Below are positions 37,171-47,732 of a DNA stretch of 63,144 nucleotides, one piece after another (positions within the stretch are counted from its first letter, which is position 1; every line of letters begins with the position of its first letter). Made by a program: the position numbers and the translations under genes. This DNA comes from Fibrobacteria bacterium. Lineage in GTDB: Bacteria > Fibrobacterota > Fibrobacteria > UBA11236. The stretch spans positions 1 through 63,144 of the forward strand of contig JBGTHM010000090.1 in the NCBI GenBank assembly GCA_041746255.1, read 5' to 3'. The notes under the pieces are model-generated. The model did no database searches and was not told the DNA's origin. It saw only the letters and a program-made list of their open reading frames with translations.

Positions 37171-38106
37171 ATGGAAAAAAACGCAAAAATTTATGTTGCC
37201 GGAATGTACGGAATGGTGGGCAGCGCGATTGTCCGTGCTTTGGAAAAGCAGGGATTCACTAATTTCGTTGGACACTCTTCAAAAGAACTGGATTTGACCA
37301 ATCAAAATGCCGTATTTGAATTTTTCAAAGTTGCGAAACCCGACTACGTCTTCCTAGCAGCAGCCAAGGTTGGTGGTATTTATGCAAACAATACTTACCC
37401 GGCGGATTTTATTTACAGTAATATTTGTATTCAGACCAATATTATCCACTCATCGTATATTTTCCGCGTTAAAAAACTGCTTTTTCTCGGCAGCTCCTGC
37501 ATTTATCCAAAATTGGCGGAGCAACCCATGAAGGAATCTTGTCTGCTGACAGGGGAACTGGAACCCACCAATGAACCCTATGCACTTGCTAAAATCGCCG
37601 GAATCAAGATGTGTCAAGCCTACAATCGCCAGTACCATACGAGCTTCATTTCATGCATGCCGACCAATCTTTACGGACCCAATGACAACTACGACCTCAT
37701 GAACGCACACGTGCTGCCGGCCCTAATTCGGAAGGTACACGAAGCGAAGTCGAACGGAAAAGACACTTTCATGGTCTGGGGTACGGGTTCGCCGAAGCGC
37801 GAATTTCTCTATGTGGACGATCTGGCTGAAGCCTGCGTTTTCCTCATGAATGAATATCTCCATGACGAGACAATAAATGTTGGAAGTGGCCAAGAGGTTA
37901 CTATCCGTGAATTGGCCGAAAGCGTTGCTGAGATCGTCGGTTTCAAGGGTCGGCTTGTCTTTGACAGCTCCAAACCCGATGGAACACCTCGCAAACTACT
38001 GGACGTCTCCAGGTTGAAGGCTATGGGATGGAATCCGAAAGTGAACCTCAGAGAAGGTATCAAGCTCGCATACCAAGACTACATATCAGGCAGGGTTAGG
38101 ATGTAA
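37171..38106 (+). CDS. fcl: GDP-L-fucose synthase
   Basis: [61 protein letters not shown]. Confidence 0.96.
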   Translation: MEKNAKIYVAGMYGMVGSAIVRALEKQGFTNFVGHSSKELDLTNQNAVFEFFKVAKPDYVFLAAAKVGGIYANNTYPADFIYSNICIQTNIIHSSYIFRVKKLLFLGSSCIYPKLAEQPMKESCLLTGELEPTNEPYALAKIAGIKMCQAYNRQYHTSFISCMPTNLYGPNDNYDLMNAHVLPALIRKVHEAKSNGKDTFMVWGTGSPKREFLYVDDLAEACVFLMNEYLHDETINVGSGQEVTIRELAESVAEIVGFKGRLVFDSSKPDGTPRKLLDVSRLKAMGWNPKVNLREGIKLAYQDYISGRVRM

Positions 38107-38197
38107 TGTCAGATATACACCGAAAACACCTTTTTCAGTTTTTCGAAACTCCAATCGATTCCAATACCCAAAAAAACAATGTGGAGAAGGTTTCGTT

Positions 38198-39577
38198 CTG
38201 ACGATCTCTACCGATGCAGAGGTATCCGGCGCGAAGCGCCCTGAAAGACCATTCGGAGGATTCCGTCGTATTCTCGGCAATACCGGATGGCTCATGGCGG
38301 ATAAAATCATACGCATGGGCATGGGCTTGCTGGTGGGTGTGTGGGTAGCCAGATATTTGGCACCGCAGGCCTTCGGGGCCCTCAATTTCGCCATGGCCTT
38401 CGTTTCCTTCGTTACCCCGCTGGCCTCATTGGGTATGGAGGCCATCGTGGTTCGCGAACTTGTCAAAAATGCTGGCTCTTCCGCAGGGAAGGTCCTTGCC
38501 TCCGCTTGGCTCCTAAGATTCCTTGCGGGGTTTATAGCCATGGGGTTAGCCGTGGTCTTCATTATGTTGATTCGTCCCGGCGAGGTCTCCTCCCAGATCC
38601 TAGTCATCATTATCTCCTCCTCTATCTTATTCCAGAGCACCGAAGTTCTGGATCTTTGGTTCCAATCCGAGGTCCGCTCCCAATTCGCCGTAGTGCCAAG
38701 GATTATTGCCACCCTGGTTGCCTCCGCCATAAAGGTCGGCATGATCCTCTACGGGTGCTCCGTCCGAGCCTTTGCCGTCGCCACAGTCGTGGAAATCGCC
38801 TTGGTAGCCGCAGGCCTGACCATCTCTTTTTTCATCTTCCGGCCAGCATCGATGCGGCTGAAGCCAACTCTGAAAATTATGAAAAGCCTACTCCGGGACG
38901 GTTGGCCTCTTATTCTGACGGGATTCATGATCATTATTTACATGCGCACCGATCAGATCATGCTCGGCCAGATGCGCGGAGACGCTGAAGTGGGCGTGTA
39001 TTCTGCTGCCATAAGGATAGCTGAGATCTGGTACTTCATCCCGATGTCAGTGGCCGCTTCGGTGTTTCCCTTCCTTTTGAATATCAAACAAAAGTCTGAA
39101 ACCATTTACTATTCGAGGCTTCAATCACTCTATGCTGCAATGACATGGATGGGAATTCTCTTTGCAGCTTTCATCTCCTTCTTTTCCCCCTTGATCGTCC
39201 GACTTCTTTACGGTGCCGATTACTCAGCAGCTGCGCCGGTTCTTACCATTTCAGCCTGGGCTGGGGTCTTCGTTGCACAGGGAGTCGCACGGGGGAAGTG
39301 GATGGTCATTGAGAATCTCCAACGTTACACCATGTGGTATATCGGAGGAGCGGCCGTAATCAATGTCGCCTTGAACTTTATGCTTATACCTAGATTCGGA
39401 TCCCAAGGAGCAGCGTATGCCACCCTTGTCGCCCAATGCTCAGCGTCCCTAGTCATCCCCGCTTTAATTGCACCAACGCGACCATCCGTGGTTATGCTTT
39501 TGGCCTCCTTTAAACCTTCAGCAGCGGTTGCAGGCTTTCAGCTCCTGTCAAATTCCCTCATGGGAAAAGCAAAATGA
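38198..39577 (+). CDS. wzx: Wzx flippase
   Basis: GNTGWLMADKIIR, VARYL, IYMRTDQIMLG, VGVYSAA, LIPRFG; homology extends upstream of ATG 38294, probable CTG start at 38198 after GGAGAAGG. Confidence 0.88.
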   Translation: MTISTDAEVSGAKRPERPFGGFRRILGNTGWLMADKIIRMGMGLLVGVWVARYLAPQAFGALNFAMAFVSFVTPLASLGMEAIVVRELVKNAGSSAGKVLASAWLLRFLAGFIAMGLAVVFIMLIRPGEVSSQILVIIISSSILFQSTEVLDLWFQSEVRSQFAVVPRIIATLVASAIKVGMILYGCSVRAFAVATVVEIALVAAGLTISFFIFRPASMRLKPTLKIMKSLLRDGWPLILTGFMIIIYMRTDQIMLGQMRGDAEVGVYSAAIRIAEIWYFIPMSVAASVFPFLLNIKQKSETIYYSRLQSLYAAMTWMGILFAAFISFFSPLIVRLLYGADYSAAAPVLTISAWAGVFVAQGVARGKWMVIENLQRYTMWYIGGAAVINVALNFMLIPRFGSQGAAYATLVAQCSASLVIPALIAPTRPSVVMLLASFKPSAAVAGFQLLSNSLMGKAK

Positions 39578-40989
39578 CCTCGGAGAATTTTATTACCCCC
39601 CCTAAACCCTCTCCTGGAACTGTAGTTGCCAAGACCGATTGGCTAGGCTTCAACACCGTCTTCTACAACGTTAGGACCGGAGCCCACAGCGCGAACATTC
39701 ATGACCTAATTAGTCCTGATGATTTGGAATTTCATCCTGAAGGCTTACTCAACTACCTTGAATTTGGATACTCAGCCTTGGGCCAAACTCCATTACGGAA
39801 CATCCGCTTTCTACAACCACATAGTTCCTTGATTTTCGCCGAGGGAAATCTTACTGAGTTGCCAAATATCGACCCTGCTAAGGCCTTTCTCAGTGGACCG
39901 GAAACCTCGGAAACAGATGTTAGGATATTCCTTCAGGAGGCTGTATCCGAATGGGAAAAGTCGGTTTCTGGACCCATCGTCGTACCCACCAGCGGGGGCT
40001 TCGACTCCCGGCTGCTCAACTTCCTCATTCAGGACAAATCTCGCATACGCGCATTCACATATGGTATCTCGGATCGACAGAATGACTCCCGGGAAGTTGT
40101 TTATGCCAAAGAGTTGTGCCGTAGGTTGGGAGTGGCGTGGGAATCTATAAAGCTGGAAAATATCCACAGCTACTTTGGTGACTGGGATAGGCTTTTCGGT
40201 GTATCCACTCATGCTCATGGCATGTATCATATGGAATTTTATACCCGAATCGCGGAAAAAGTACCTAAAAGCAGCCCGTTGCTGAGTGGCATTGTCGGAG
40301 ACCTCTGGGCAGGAAGCGTTACTCCAACCGAAATCGGGTCACCACGGGAACTTCATCTGCTCGGCCATGCTCATGGCATGAGAGCGGATGTATCACAGTG
40401 TTTCCTAAAGTGCCGATTCGACCTAAGAGAAGGGTTCTTTGAGGAGAATCGCACCCGATTGAAGGATGCCCGGTGGCGACTTTTATTCCTCATCCGCTTT
40501 AAAATGATTCTCCTTCGCTATCTGCTGAAAGTGCCCGCATCACTTGGGTTCAACCCTTGGAGCCCTTTCCTGGAAATTGGGCCCTCATTGGGCATGTTGA
40601 TGCTGACTCCCGATCGACGCACAAAGCGCCTTTGGCAAGAGGAATGGTTCACCGAAAATGGGATTTTTCTGGAAGGAATGACTCTTAAGTCTAATACCCA
40701 AAATTCGCTGGATTCGAACTCCATTCGGAAGCAGCCACCTCCTCAACTGGACGAAGATTTATTGGGGACGCTTTTTCGCCGTGAATACATACGTTGGATC
40801 AATTCTCAAATCTCCTCACCTGGAATGGCCGTTTGGATCCGTTCGGCCCTCCTGCGTACTCCCAAGATCAAGTGGATACTTAGGAAATGGGGGATGACGG
40901 ACTTTCAAATCCAGGCGTACGGGGCATATCTCACCTTGAAACCCATTGACAACCTTTTACGGACGGCAGAAGCAAGGAAGGCCCGGTGA
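39574..40989 (+). CDS. Asparagine synthase-related ATP pyrophosphatase (no intact glutaminase N-terminus)
   Basis: PTSGGFDSR PP-loop, FTYG, SGIVGD, SPFL; lacks the N-terminal Cys. Confidence 0.75.
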   Translation: MTSENFITPPKPSPGTVVAKTDWLGFNTVFYNVRTGAHSANIHDLISPDDLEFHPEGLLNYLEFGYSALGQTPLRNIRFLQPHSSLIFAEGNLTELPNIDPAKAFLSGPETSETDVRIFLQEAVSEWEKSVSGPIVVPTSGGFDSRLLNFLIQDKSRIRAFTYGISDRQNDSREVVYAKELCRRLGVAWESIKLENIHSYFGDWDRLFGVSTHAHGMYHMEFYTRIAEKVPKSSPLLSGIVGDLWAGSVTPTEIGSPRELHLLGHAHGMRADVSQCFLKCRFDLREGFFEENRTRLKDARWRLLFLIRFKMILLRYLLKVPASLGFNPWSPFLEIGPSLGMLMLTPDRRTKRLWQEEWFTENGIFLEGMTLKSNTQNSLDSNSIRKQPPPQLDEDLLGTLFRREYIRWINSQISSPGMAVWIRSALLRTPKIKWILRKWGMTDFQIQAYGAYLTLKPIDNLLRTAEARKAR

Positions 40990-42110
40990 GGTGGAACGCT
41001 GTTTTTGCTGGGGATTTCGCAATGGAAAACGATCCGGGAACAAATTGGATTTCCCCTGATCTCAAGTCGTTCATTGCCTCGCATGATCTAGCTTCATGCA
41101 ATTTTGAAGGGTCAATAAAAACCGATTCTTCGCGAATCCGCAAAGCTGGCTCCTACCTCGAGCAGTGCCAAGAGTCAGTAACACGTGCGCTTGAAGCGGG
41201 GTTCGGCGTCATGAGCCTGGCGAACAACCATATCATGGATTATGGATCCGAAGGTATTAGGGCTACCCTCGAGGCCTTCCGTGGCAAAGCAATTTGTATC
41301 GGTGCAGGCTTGGACGCAAAAGAGGCATATGCCCCCGTCTTCTTGGAAGTAAAAGGGATCCGTATAGGTTTACTTTCCTTTTGCGAGTCCGAATTTGGTG
41401 CCGTCAGGGAGGAGTCTGATGCGGGCTTCGCTTGGGTGAATCATTACGATATTGACGCTCTTATCCCAAAAACTCGCTCAGACTGTGATGTATTAATCGT
41501 ACAGGTCCATGCGGGCGTTGAAGAGGAAGACATACCACTTCCGGAATGGCGTGACCGCTATAAGCGCATACTTTATCTCGGAGCGGACGCTGTAATCGGC
41601 CACCATCCCCATCAGCCTCAAGGATGGGAGGAGATTGCCGGTAAATTTGTGATTTACAGCTTGGGAAACTTTTTTTTCCAACCTGAATATCCTTCTATTT
41701 GGCGGAAGAAAGGGGCGCTCGCCTGCCTGGAATTCGAGGGTGCAAAACTCGCCAAGGTTGAAGTCAGGATGGTAGATTGGTCGACATCTGCCCTTTCGCT
41801 CTCCTCCCGGACGGATGATCGGGTGACCCTAGCCAATTTATGCAGGGCTTTGGAGGAACCCGGATATTCCCAGGCTGTAGATAAGATGGTGGAAAGACTT
41901 TGGCGAGAGAGGTATTCGAATTACTATCGGAATGCAGTCAACGGCGTTGATGGCTGCTCCGGAATTATAAGAACCGCCAAGCTACTGGTGAAAAGATTGT
42001 TAGTTCCGAGCCGTCTTGTCAATGATGAGCCGCTGCTCCTTCACAACCTCAGCATCGAATCTCACCGTTGGCTCGTCGAACGCGCCTTGAGAATAAGGAT
42101 AAAGGCGTGA
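40986..42110 (+). CDS. CapA/PGA_cap family metallophosphoesterase-fold protein
   Basis: FAGD, NFEG, SLANNHIMDYG, VHAGVE, VIGHHPH, YSLGNF. Confidence 0.88.
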   Translation: MRWNAVFAGDFAMENDPGTNWISPDLKSFIASHDLASCNFEGSIKTDSSRIRKAGSYLEQCQESVTRALEAGFGVMSLANNHIMDYGSEGIRATLEAFRGKAICIGAGLDAKEAYAPVFLEVKGIRIGLLSFCESEFGAVREESDAGFAWVNHYDIDALIPKTRSDCDVLIVQVHAGVEEEDIPLPEWRDRYKRILYLGADAVIGHHPHQPQGWEEIAGKFVIYSLGNFFFQPEYPSIWRKKGALACLEFEGAKLAKVEVRMVDWSTSALSLSSRTDDRVTLANLCRALEEPGYSQAVDKMVERLWRERYSNYYRNAVNGVDGCSGIIRTAKLLVKRLLVPSRLVNDEPLLLHNLSIESHRWLVERALRIRIKA

Positions 42111-43876
42111 ATACGGCACCGATTGCTCTTTTCACCTATAATAGGCCTATTCATACAAAAAAAACCATCGAGGCGTTGAAAGCAAATTTCTTGTCCGACG
42201 AAAGTGACTTGTATGTCTTCTCAGACGGTCCAAAAGGAGACCTAGCCGAAACAGGAGTGGCCGCAACACGCGAGTACCTAAAGAGCGCGGAAGGATTCAG
42301 GAGCCTCCACCTAGTCTATCGAAAAAAAAACCTCGGCCTTGCGGGTTCCATAATTGCAGGAGTTACCGAATTGGTGGAAAGGTTCGGTCGGGTCATCGTA
42401 CTCGAAGACGACCACGTCACCTCACCTCATTTCCTAAAATTTATGAACGACGCTCTGGAGTATTATGTTCAGGAGGAAAAGGTCATCAGTATCCATGCCT
42501 ACACATATCCCGTGGACCAGAAGTTGCCTGAGACCTATTTTCTAAGGGGAGCCGACTGCTGGGGATGGGCTACTTGGAAGCGTGGTTGGGAGCTTTTCGA
42601 ACCTGATGGGAAAAAGCTTCTGCAGGCAATCAGGGTCCGCGGCATGCTCAAGCTCTTTGATCGCGGCCCTTTCAGCTTTTCCCGCATGTTGCAAGACCAG
42701 ATTGCAGGAAAAAATGATAGCTGGGCCATTCGCTGGCATGCAAGCGCCTTTCTTGCCGATAAACTTACACTCTATCCTGGGCTATCCCTGGTTCAGAACA
42801 TCGGTCACGATGCCCAAGGAACCCATTGTAGGGAATCTGAGGATTTCACTGTGAAACTAGCGAAGTTTCCCATCCAAATCGGGTCCGCCCCTCTCCATGA
42901 GGACAAAGAAGTCCTAGAAGCCTTCCAAGGTTATATGGCAAAACTTCTACCAACTGGCCGACTTTCCCGTACAAAATCGTTCCTTAAAAACCTTCTGCCC
43001 AGGCACATGCAAATAAACCGGTTCACCCCTTTATCCGGCAAAGGGGTGCTTAAGCAATGCACTCCGCCCTTGCTCTGGCAGCTCCTCAAACCCAGCCCAA
43101 AGCATGGGTTCTTTGGAAACTATGAATCATGGAAGGAAGCCCAGAAAGATTGTTCAGGATATAGTAACCCATTAATCCTTGATAAAGTCGCCTCTGCAAT
43201 GAGGGCTGTCCAGCAAGGCGGAGCCGCTTTCGAGCGCGATTCTGTCCTGTTCCAGAAACCGGAATATAACTGGCCACTCCTCGCCATTCTCTTCAAGGTG
43301 GCTGCAACGAACGGGGGTCAGCTCCGGCTTCTAGACTTCGGCGGTTCCCTAGGAAGCACTTTTTATCAATGCCGCCACTTCTTGTCGGAGCTGCAGCATG
43401 TGGAGTGGAGCATCGTTGAGCAGGCTAACTTTACAGCCTTGGGGAGACTGGAATTTGAGAGCGCGGAGCTGAAATTCTATGAAAGCGTGGACGAATGCCT
43501 TGAGAATCAAAAAGTTGATTGTCTTCTCCTTTCCAGTGTTTTAGCCTATATCGAAGACCCTTTTACGTTGATTGCGGATTTCCTCGACCGCAGGTTTCCC
43601 TATATTCTTGTCGACCGCACTGCCTTCATCCGTGAAGGCAGTGATCGGCTCACGGTTCAGAAGGTCCCGCCGCATATCTATTCAGCGTCCTATCCCGCCT
43701 GGTTTTTCGACTACGATTCCTTCCTGGCACATTTCGAAAAGGATTATGTAAGGGTAGTGGAGTTCAATGGAGCTGATCGTGCCAACTTTCCCTCCGAGTT
43801 CAAGGGCTTCCTTTTCCGCCTAAAGGATACCCTGAAATCGGATGACTCAGATGTAATTAAGAGGCCTAGATGTTGA
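42107..43876 (+). CDS. Fusion of a GT-A glycosyltransferase and a TIGR04325-like methyltransferase
   Basis: PIALFTYNRP, IVLEDD, CWGWATW, NIGHD; then GAAFERDSVLF, LDFGGSLGSTFYQ, VQKVPP..Y.ASYP; GTG start at 42107. Confidence 0.85.
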   Translation: MNTAPIALFTYNRPIHTKKTIEALKANFLSDESDLYVFSDGPKGDLAETGVAATREYLKSAEGFRSLHLVYRKKNLGLAGSIIAGVTELVERFGRVIVLEDDHVTSPHFLKFMNDALEYYVQEEKVISIHAYTYPVDQKLPETYFLRGADCWGWATWKRGWELFEPDGKKLLQAIRVRGMLKLFDRGPFSFSRMLQDQIAGKNDSWAIRWHASAFLADKLTLYPGLSLVQNIGHDAQGTHCRESEDFTVKLAKFPIQIGSAPLHEDKEVLEAFQGYMAKLLPTGRLSRTKSFLKNLLPRHMQINRFTPLSGKGVLKQCTPPLLWQLLKPSPKHGFFGNYESWKEAQKDCSGYSNPLILDKVASAMRAVQQGGAAFERDSVLFQKPEYNWPLLAILFKVAATNGGQLRLLDFGGSLGSTFYQCRHFLSELQHVEWSIVEQANFTALGRLEFESAELKFYESVDECLENQKVDCLLLSSVLAYIEDPFTLIADFLDRRFPYILVDRTAFIREGSDRLTVQKVPPHIYSASYPAWFFDYDSFLAHFEKDYVRVVEFNGADRANFPSEFKGFLFRLKDTLKSDDSDVIKRPRC

Positions 43877-44604
43877 AGTACCTTAAAAATCGATTCCGTA
43901 AGGAGCAGTTCCACCCATCCTTTCTGGGAGCACTCATCAACCCTTTCTATTTCCCGCGAAGGAACCTGCTCCGTCACATCAAGGAAATTGCCCCGTTCGT
44001 TTCGGGTCGACTTCTCGACATCGGCTGTGGCAGAAAACCGTACCAGAAGATTTTTCACTGCACGGAATATGTTGGCCTCGAGATTGACAGTCCCGAAAAC
44101 AGGCTTTCCAAGGACGCTGACTGCTATTACGATGGAAAGACAATTCCTTTTCCGGATGCGAATTTTGATTCAATCTTTCTGAGCCAAGTCCTCGAACATG
44201 TCTTTGAGCCCGATGGGTTGTTGGTGGAGATAAACAGGGTTTTGCGGCCCGGGGGAAAGCTTCTCGTAACCGTTCCTTTCGCCTGGGACGAGCACGAGCA
44301 ACCGTGGGATTACTCCCGCTACTCCTCTTTCGGCTTGAAGCACCTAGTAGGAAAGCATGGTTTTACCATCCTTGAGCACCGGAAAAGCGGCAATGATATT
44401 ACGGCTGTCCTGCAAATGTTCAACAACTACCTTTACAAGGTTCTAGTAAGCCGCTACTCCTGGGGCTACCTATTGCTGACACCCATCTTTATCGCCCCTA
44501 TCAACCTTTTCGGAATTCTCTTGGTCAGGCTCCTTCCATCTAACAATGATTTTTACCTTGATAACATCCTTTTAGCCGGTAAAACTGGAGATCCTGTAAC
44601 ATGA
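43870..44604 (+). CDS. Class I SAM-dependent methyltransferase
   Basis: LLDIGCGRKPY, SQVLEHV, LRPGG, EHEQPWDYSRY. Confidence 0.88.
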   Translation: MLKYLKNRFRKEQFHPSFLGALINPFYFPRRNLLRHIKEIAPFVSGRLLDIGCGRKPYQKIFHCTEYVGLEIDSPENRLSKDADCYYDGKTIPFPDANFDSIFLSQVLEHVFEPDGLLVEINRVLRPGGKLLVTVPFAWDEHEQPWDYSRYSSFGLKHLVGKHGFTILEHRKSGNDITAVLQMFNNYLYKVLVSRYSWGYLLLTPIFIAPINLFGILLVRLLPSNNDFYLDNILLAGKTGDPVT

Positions 44605-45593
44605 CAACCTCCGATTATTTTTCAGAGAAATCAATATTGATCACGGGAGGATTGGGTTTTATAGGCTCCTCACTAGCTCGCGAATTACAAAATTCTGGCG
44701 CACATGTCACCATTGTAGACAGCCTGATTCCCCAGTACGGTGGTAACTTCGAAAACGTCGTAGATTTTCAGGACAAGGTTTCTATCAACATCACCGATGT
44801 GCGGGATCCGCATGCCATGTCTTACCTCATCCAGGGCAAGGATTACCTCTTCAACCTGGCGGGGCAGACCAGTCATTTGGATTCCATGACCGATCCCCAA
44901 ACTGACCTGGATATCAATACGACTTCCCAACTTTCCATTCTGGAAGCCTGCCGCAAGCACAATCCCACCATCAAGATCGTCTTCGCGAGCACTCGCCAGC
45001 TTTACGGTAAGCCCGAGTACTTACCGGTTGACGAGAAACATCCCATCCGCCCCGTGGATGTCAATGGAATCAACAAGTTGGCCGGCGAATGGTATCATCT
45101 GTTATATAACAACATATACGGCATCCGAGCTTGCGCTCTCCGACTTACTAACACCTACGGCCCTGGCATGCGCGTGAAAGATGCCAGGCAAACCTTCCTT
45201 GGCATCTGGATCCGGAATCTGTTGGAAGGTAAATCTATTCAGGTCTTCGGGGACGGCCTCCAGCTCCGCGATTTCAACTATGTCGATGACGTGGTCCGTG
45301 CTATGCTGATATGCGCAACGGATTCCAGGGCGGATGGAGAGGTTTTCAACCTCGGCTCAAAGGAGTATGTGAACCTGAAGGATCTCGCGGCCTTGATGGT
45401 GGAGCTCCACAAGGAAGGTGAGTACGTGATCGTTCCGTTTCCTCCAGAGCGCAAGGCCATAGATATCGGAGACTACTACAGCGATTTTACCAAAATCCGC
45501 GAATTGCTTGGCTGGGAGCCTAGAGTCAATCTACGCGAGGGATTGAATTCAAGCCTACTATATTACGGCCGTACTTTGGCTAAATACCATTGA
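44601..45593 (+). CDS. NAD-dependent epimerase/dehydratase
   Basis: ITGGLGFIGS, NLAG, ASTRQLYG, RLTNTYGP, RDFNYVDD. Confidence 0.92.
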   Translation: MTTSDYFSEKSILITGGLGFIGSSLARELQNSGAHVTIVDSLIPQYGGNFENVVDFQDKVSINITDVRDPHAMSYLIQGKDYLFNLAGQTSHLDSMTDPQTDLDINTTSQLSILEACRKHNPTIKIVFASTRQLYGKPEYLPVDEKHPIRPVDVNGINKLAGEWYHLLYNNIYGIRACALRLTNTYGPGMRVKDARQTFLGIWIRNLLEGKSIQVFGDGLQLRDFNYVDDVVRAMLICATDSRADGEVFNLGSKEYVNLKDLAALMVELHKEGEYVIVPFPPERKAIDIGDYYSDFTKIRELLGWEPRVNLREGLNSSLLYYGRTLAKYH

Positions 45594-45600
45594 GGCGAAC

Positions 45601-46698
45601 ATGATATTGATGAACGATTTCAAAGTTGAACCTGAAGAGCTACTCAATGCCCAGCTAGCCGTCGCGGAACGAGTCTTTCGATCTGGATGGTATGTTCTGG
45701 GGAATGAGCTCAAGGCCTTTGAGTCTCTTTGGGCGAAGCAATGCGGTGCCAACCATTCAATCGGAGTCGGCAACGGCATGGACGCCCTGGAAATTGGCCA
45801 CCGAGCCCTCAGAATTGGACCTGGTGACGAAGTCATCACCACTCCCATGACTGCCTTCGCCACCGTGCTGGCAATTCTCCGTGCCGGTGCTGTGCCTGTT
45901 CTCGCCGACATCGATCCGGAAACGGCACTTCTCTCCCCTGAAAGTGTGCAGCGTTGTATTACAGCCCGCACTAAGGCGGTACTACTCGTGCATCTCTATG
46001 GCCAGATCCGGGACATGGATCAATGGGAAGCCTTATGCTCGGAAAATGGACTTTTTCTCCTCGAAGACTGCGCCCAATCCCACCTTGCCACCTGGAAAGG
46101 CCGGGTCGCCGGTAATTTCGGAAAGTGGGGGGCATACAGCTTTTACCCCACCAAGAACCTTGGTGCCATAGGCGACGGCGGCGCATTGATTACAAACGAT
46201 ACTGCCTTGGCCGAAAAAATGAGAATTCTCCGGAATTATGGGCAGAGCAAGCGCTACTATCATCCTGAAATTGGTATGAATAGCCGCCTGGACGAGTTGC
46301 AAGCAGCCATCCTCTCCTGTCGATTGGAATGGTTAGAGGGTTTCACCACTCTACGTCGCAAGATTGCCGGCGCGTATTTCGAGGGTATCAGCAATCCTCG
46401 CATCAAACTCCTCTCCAGTCCGAAGGAAGCAGCCAACCACGTATACCATCTTTTCGTCGTAACCTGCAAGAAAAGGGATGCGCTTGCCGCCCATCTTGAA
46501 TCCAAAGGTGTAAACAGTCTCATTCATTACCCGGTTCCGGTCCACCTGCAGGAATCGTGCAAAGACATTCGCATCGATCCCAAAGGCCTTCCCGAGTCTG
46601 AACGCCATGCCGCCGACTGCCTCTCCGTGCCGTGCCATCCCCAAATGGACGAAAGCCAAGTGGATCAGGTTATCAACGCCATTAACTCATTCAAGTAA
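45601..46698 (+). CDS. DegT-family sugar aminotransferase (FdtB-like)
   Basis: GNGMDAL, VHLYG, EDCAQSH, SFYPTKNLGAIGDGG, NSRLDELQA. Confidence 0.92.
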   Translation: MILMNDFKVEPEELLNAQLAVAERVFRSGWYVLGNELKAFESLWAKQCGANHSIGVGNGMDALEIGHRALRIGPGDEVITTPMTAFATVLAILRAGAVPVLADIDPETALLSPESVQRCITARTKAVLLVHLYGQIRDMDQWEALCSENGLFLLEDCAQSHLATWKGRVAGNFGKWGAYSFYPTKNLGAIGDGGALITNDTALAEKMRILRNYGQSKRYYHPEIGMNSRLDELQAAILSCRLEWLEGFTTLRRKIAGAYFEGISNPRIKLLSSPKEAANHVYHLFVVTCKKRDALAAHLESKGVNSLIHYPVPVHLQESCKDIRIDPKGLPESERHAADCLSVPCHPQMDESQVDQVINAINSFK

Positions 46699-46703
46699 CC
46701 AAT

Positions 46704-47720
46704 ATGGAATTCCAGTACTGCACCTATTTCGACTCCAATTATTTCCTGCGGGGTCTTGCACTCTTTCACTCACTTCGGCAGTACCAGCCACATGCGGTTT
46801 TATGGGTACTCTGCTTGGATGATGCCACTTTCGCTAACATAACGAGGCTTGCTTATCCTGGTCTCAAGGGGATACATCAACGCGAGCTGGAGGCGGAAGA
46901 TCCCGAACTCTTTGCCCTCAAACCCCAGCGTACCAAAGTTGAATATTATTGGTCCAGCGGCCCCTCATGGTTACTTTACGTGCTCCGGAATAACCCGGAT
47001 GCCCCGGGTGTGATTTATCTGGACGGGGATCTTTTTCTCTTTGCCCCCCTGACCCCGATATACCAGGAATTGGAGAATGCCTCCATTCTTATCCACGAGC
47101 ATCGCTTCACCAACGATTCCGAAAGCCTTTCCGCCACCCAAGGACGTTTTAATGTGGGGGTAGTCGCCTTCCGCAGGGATTCAAGCGGGATGGCATGCTT
47201 GAAATGGTGGCGGGAGCGTTGCATCGAGTGGTGTTTCATGCGCAACGAACCAGGACTGTTCGGCGATCAGAAATACCTCGATCAATTCCCGATACTCTTC
47301 CAAAACGTACATGTCCTTTCCCATGTGGGCGTAGGGGTAGCTTCCTGGAACGTGGGAAGCCATAGGATTCACTTCCGCAATGACACCGCCATGGTTGACG
47401 AACTTCCGCTAGTCATCTACCATTTTCAGGGCATACATGTCCTGAATCCTTCCGTAATTCTGAACTTCGGCACCCGTCGGATAACCCCGGGCCTTCGTCG
47501 GATCTTCTCCCTATACACCCGTGCCATCTATGCCGTTTGGCTGGATTGCCGCCGTAAAGGTATTTTCGTTCAGAAGAATCAACTTGATGCGAAGTGGAAT
47601 CTAACCATCTTCAGTATCTTCAAAGCTGTAGCGGCGGGAAGGCTTGTCCTGAAAAGTCCCCCCCTCACGGCTTTAATCGCCTTTCCAGGGACGTTACTGA
47701 AAAAGATCTTGGGCAAATAA
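46704..47720 (+). CDS. Putative GT-A fold glycosyltransferase
   Basis: YCTYFDSNY, YLDGDL (DxD), GRFNVG, GDQKYLD, YHFQG. Confidence 0.75.
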   Translation: MEFQYCTYFDSNYFLRGLALFHSLRQYQPHAVLWVLCLDDATFANITRLAYPGLKGIHQRELEAEDPELFALKPQRTKVEYYWSSGPSWLLYVLRNNPDAPGVIYLDGDLFLFAPLTPIYQELENASILIHEHRFTNDSESLSATQGRFNVGVVAFRRDSSGMACLKWWRERCIEWCFMRNEPGLFGDQKYLDQFPILFQNVHVLSHVGVGVASWNVGSHRIHFRNDTAMVDELPLVIYHFQGIHVLNPSVILNFGTRRITPGLRRIFSLYTRAIYAVWLDCRRKGIFVQKNQLDAKWNLTIFSIFKAVAAGRLVLKSPPLTALIAFPGTLLKKILGK

Positions 47721-47732
47721 CCTTTCCTACGA

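Noticed and set aside
40986..42110. Poly-gamma-glutamate capsule operon
   Set aside because: capB and capC are absent, and this CapA homologue has no membrane anchor.
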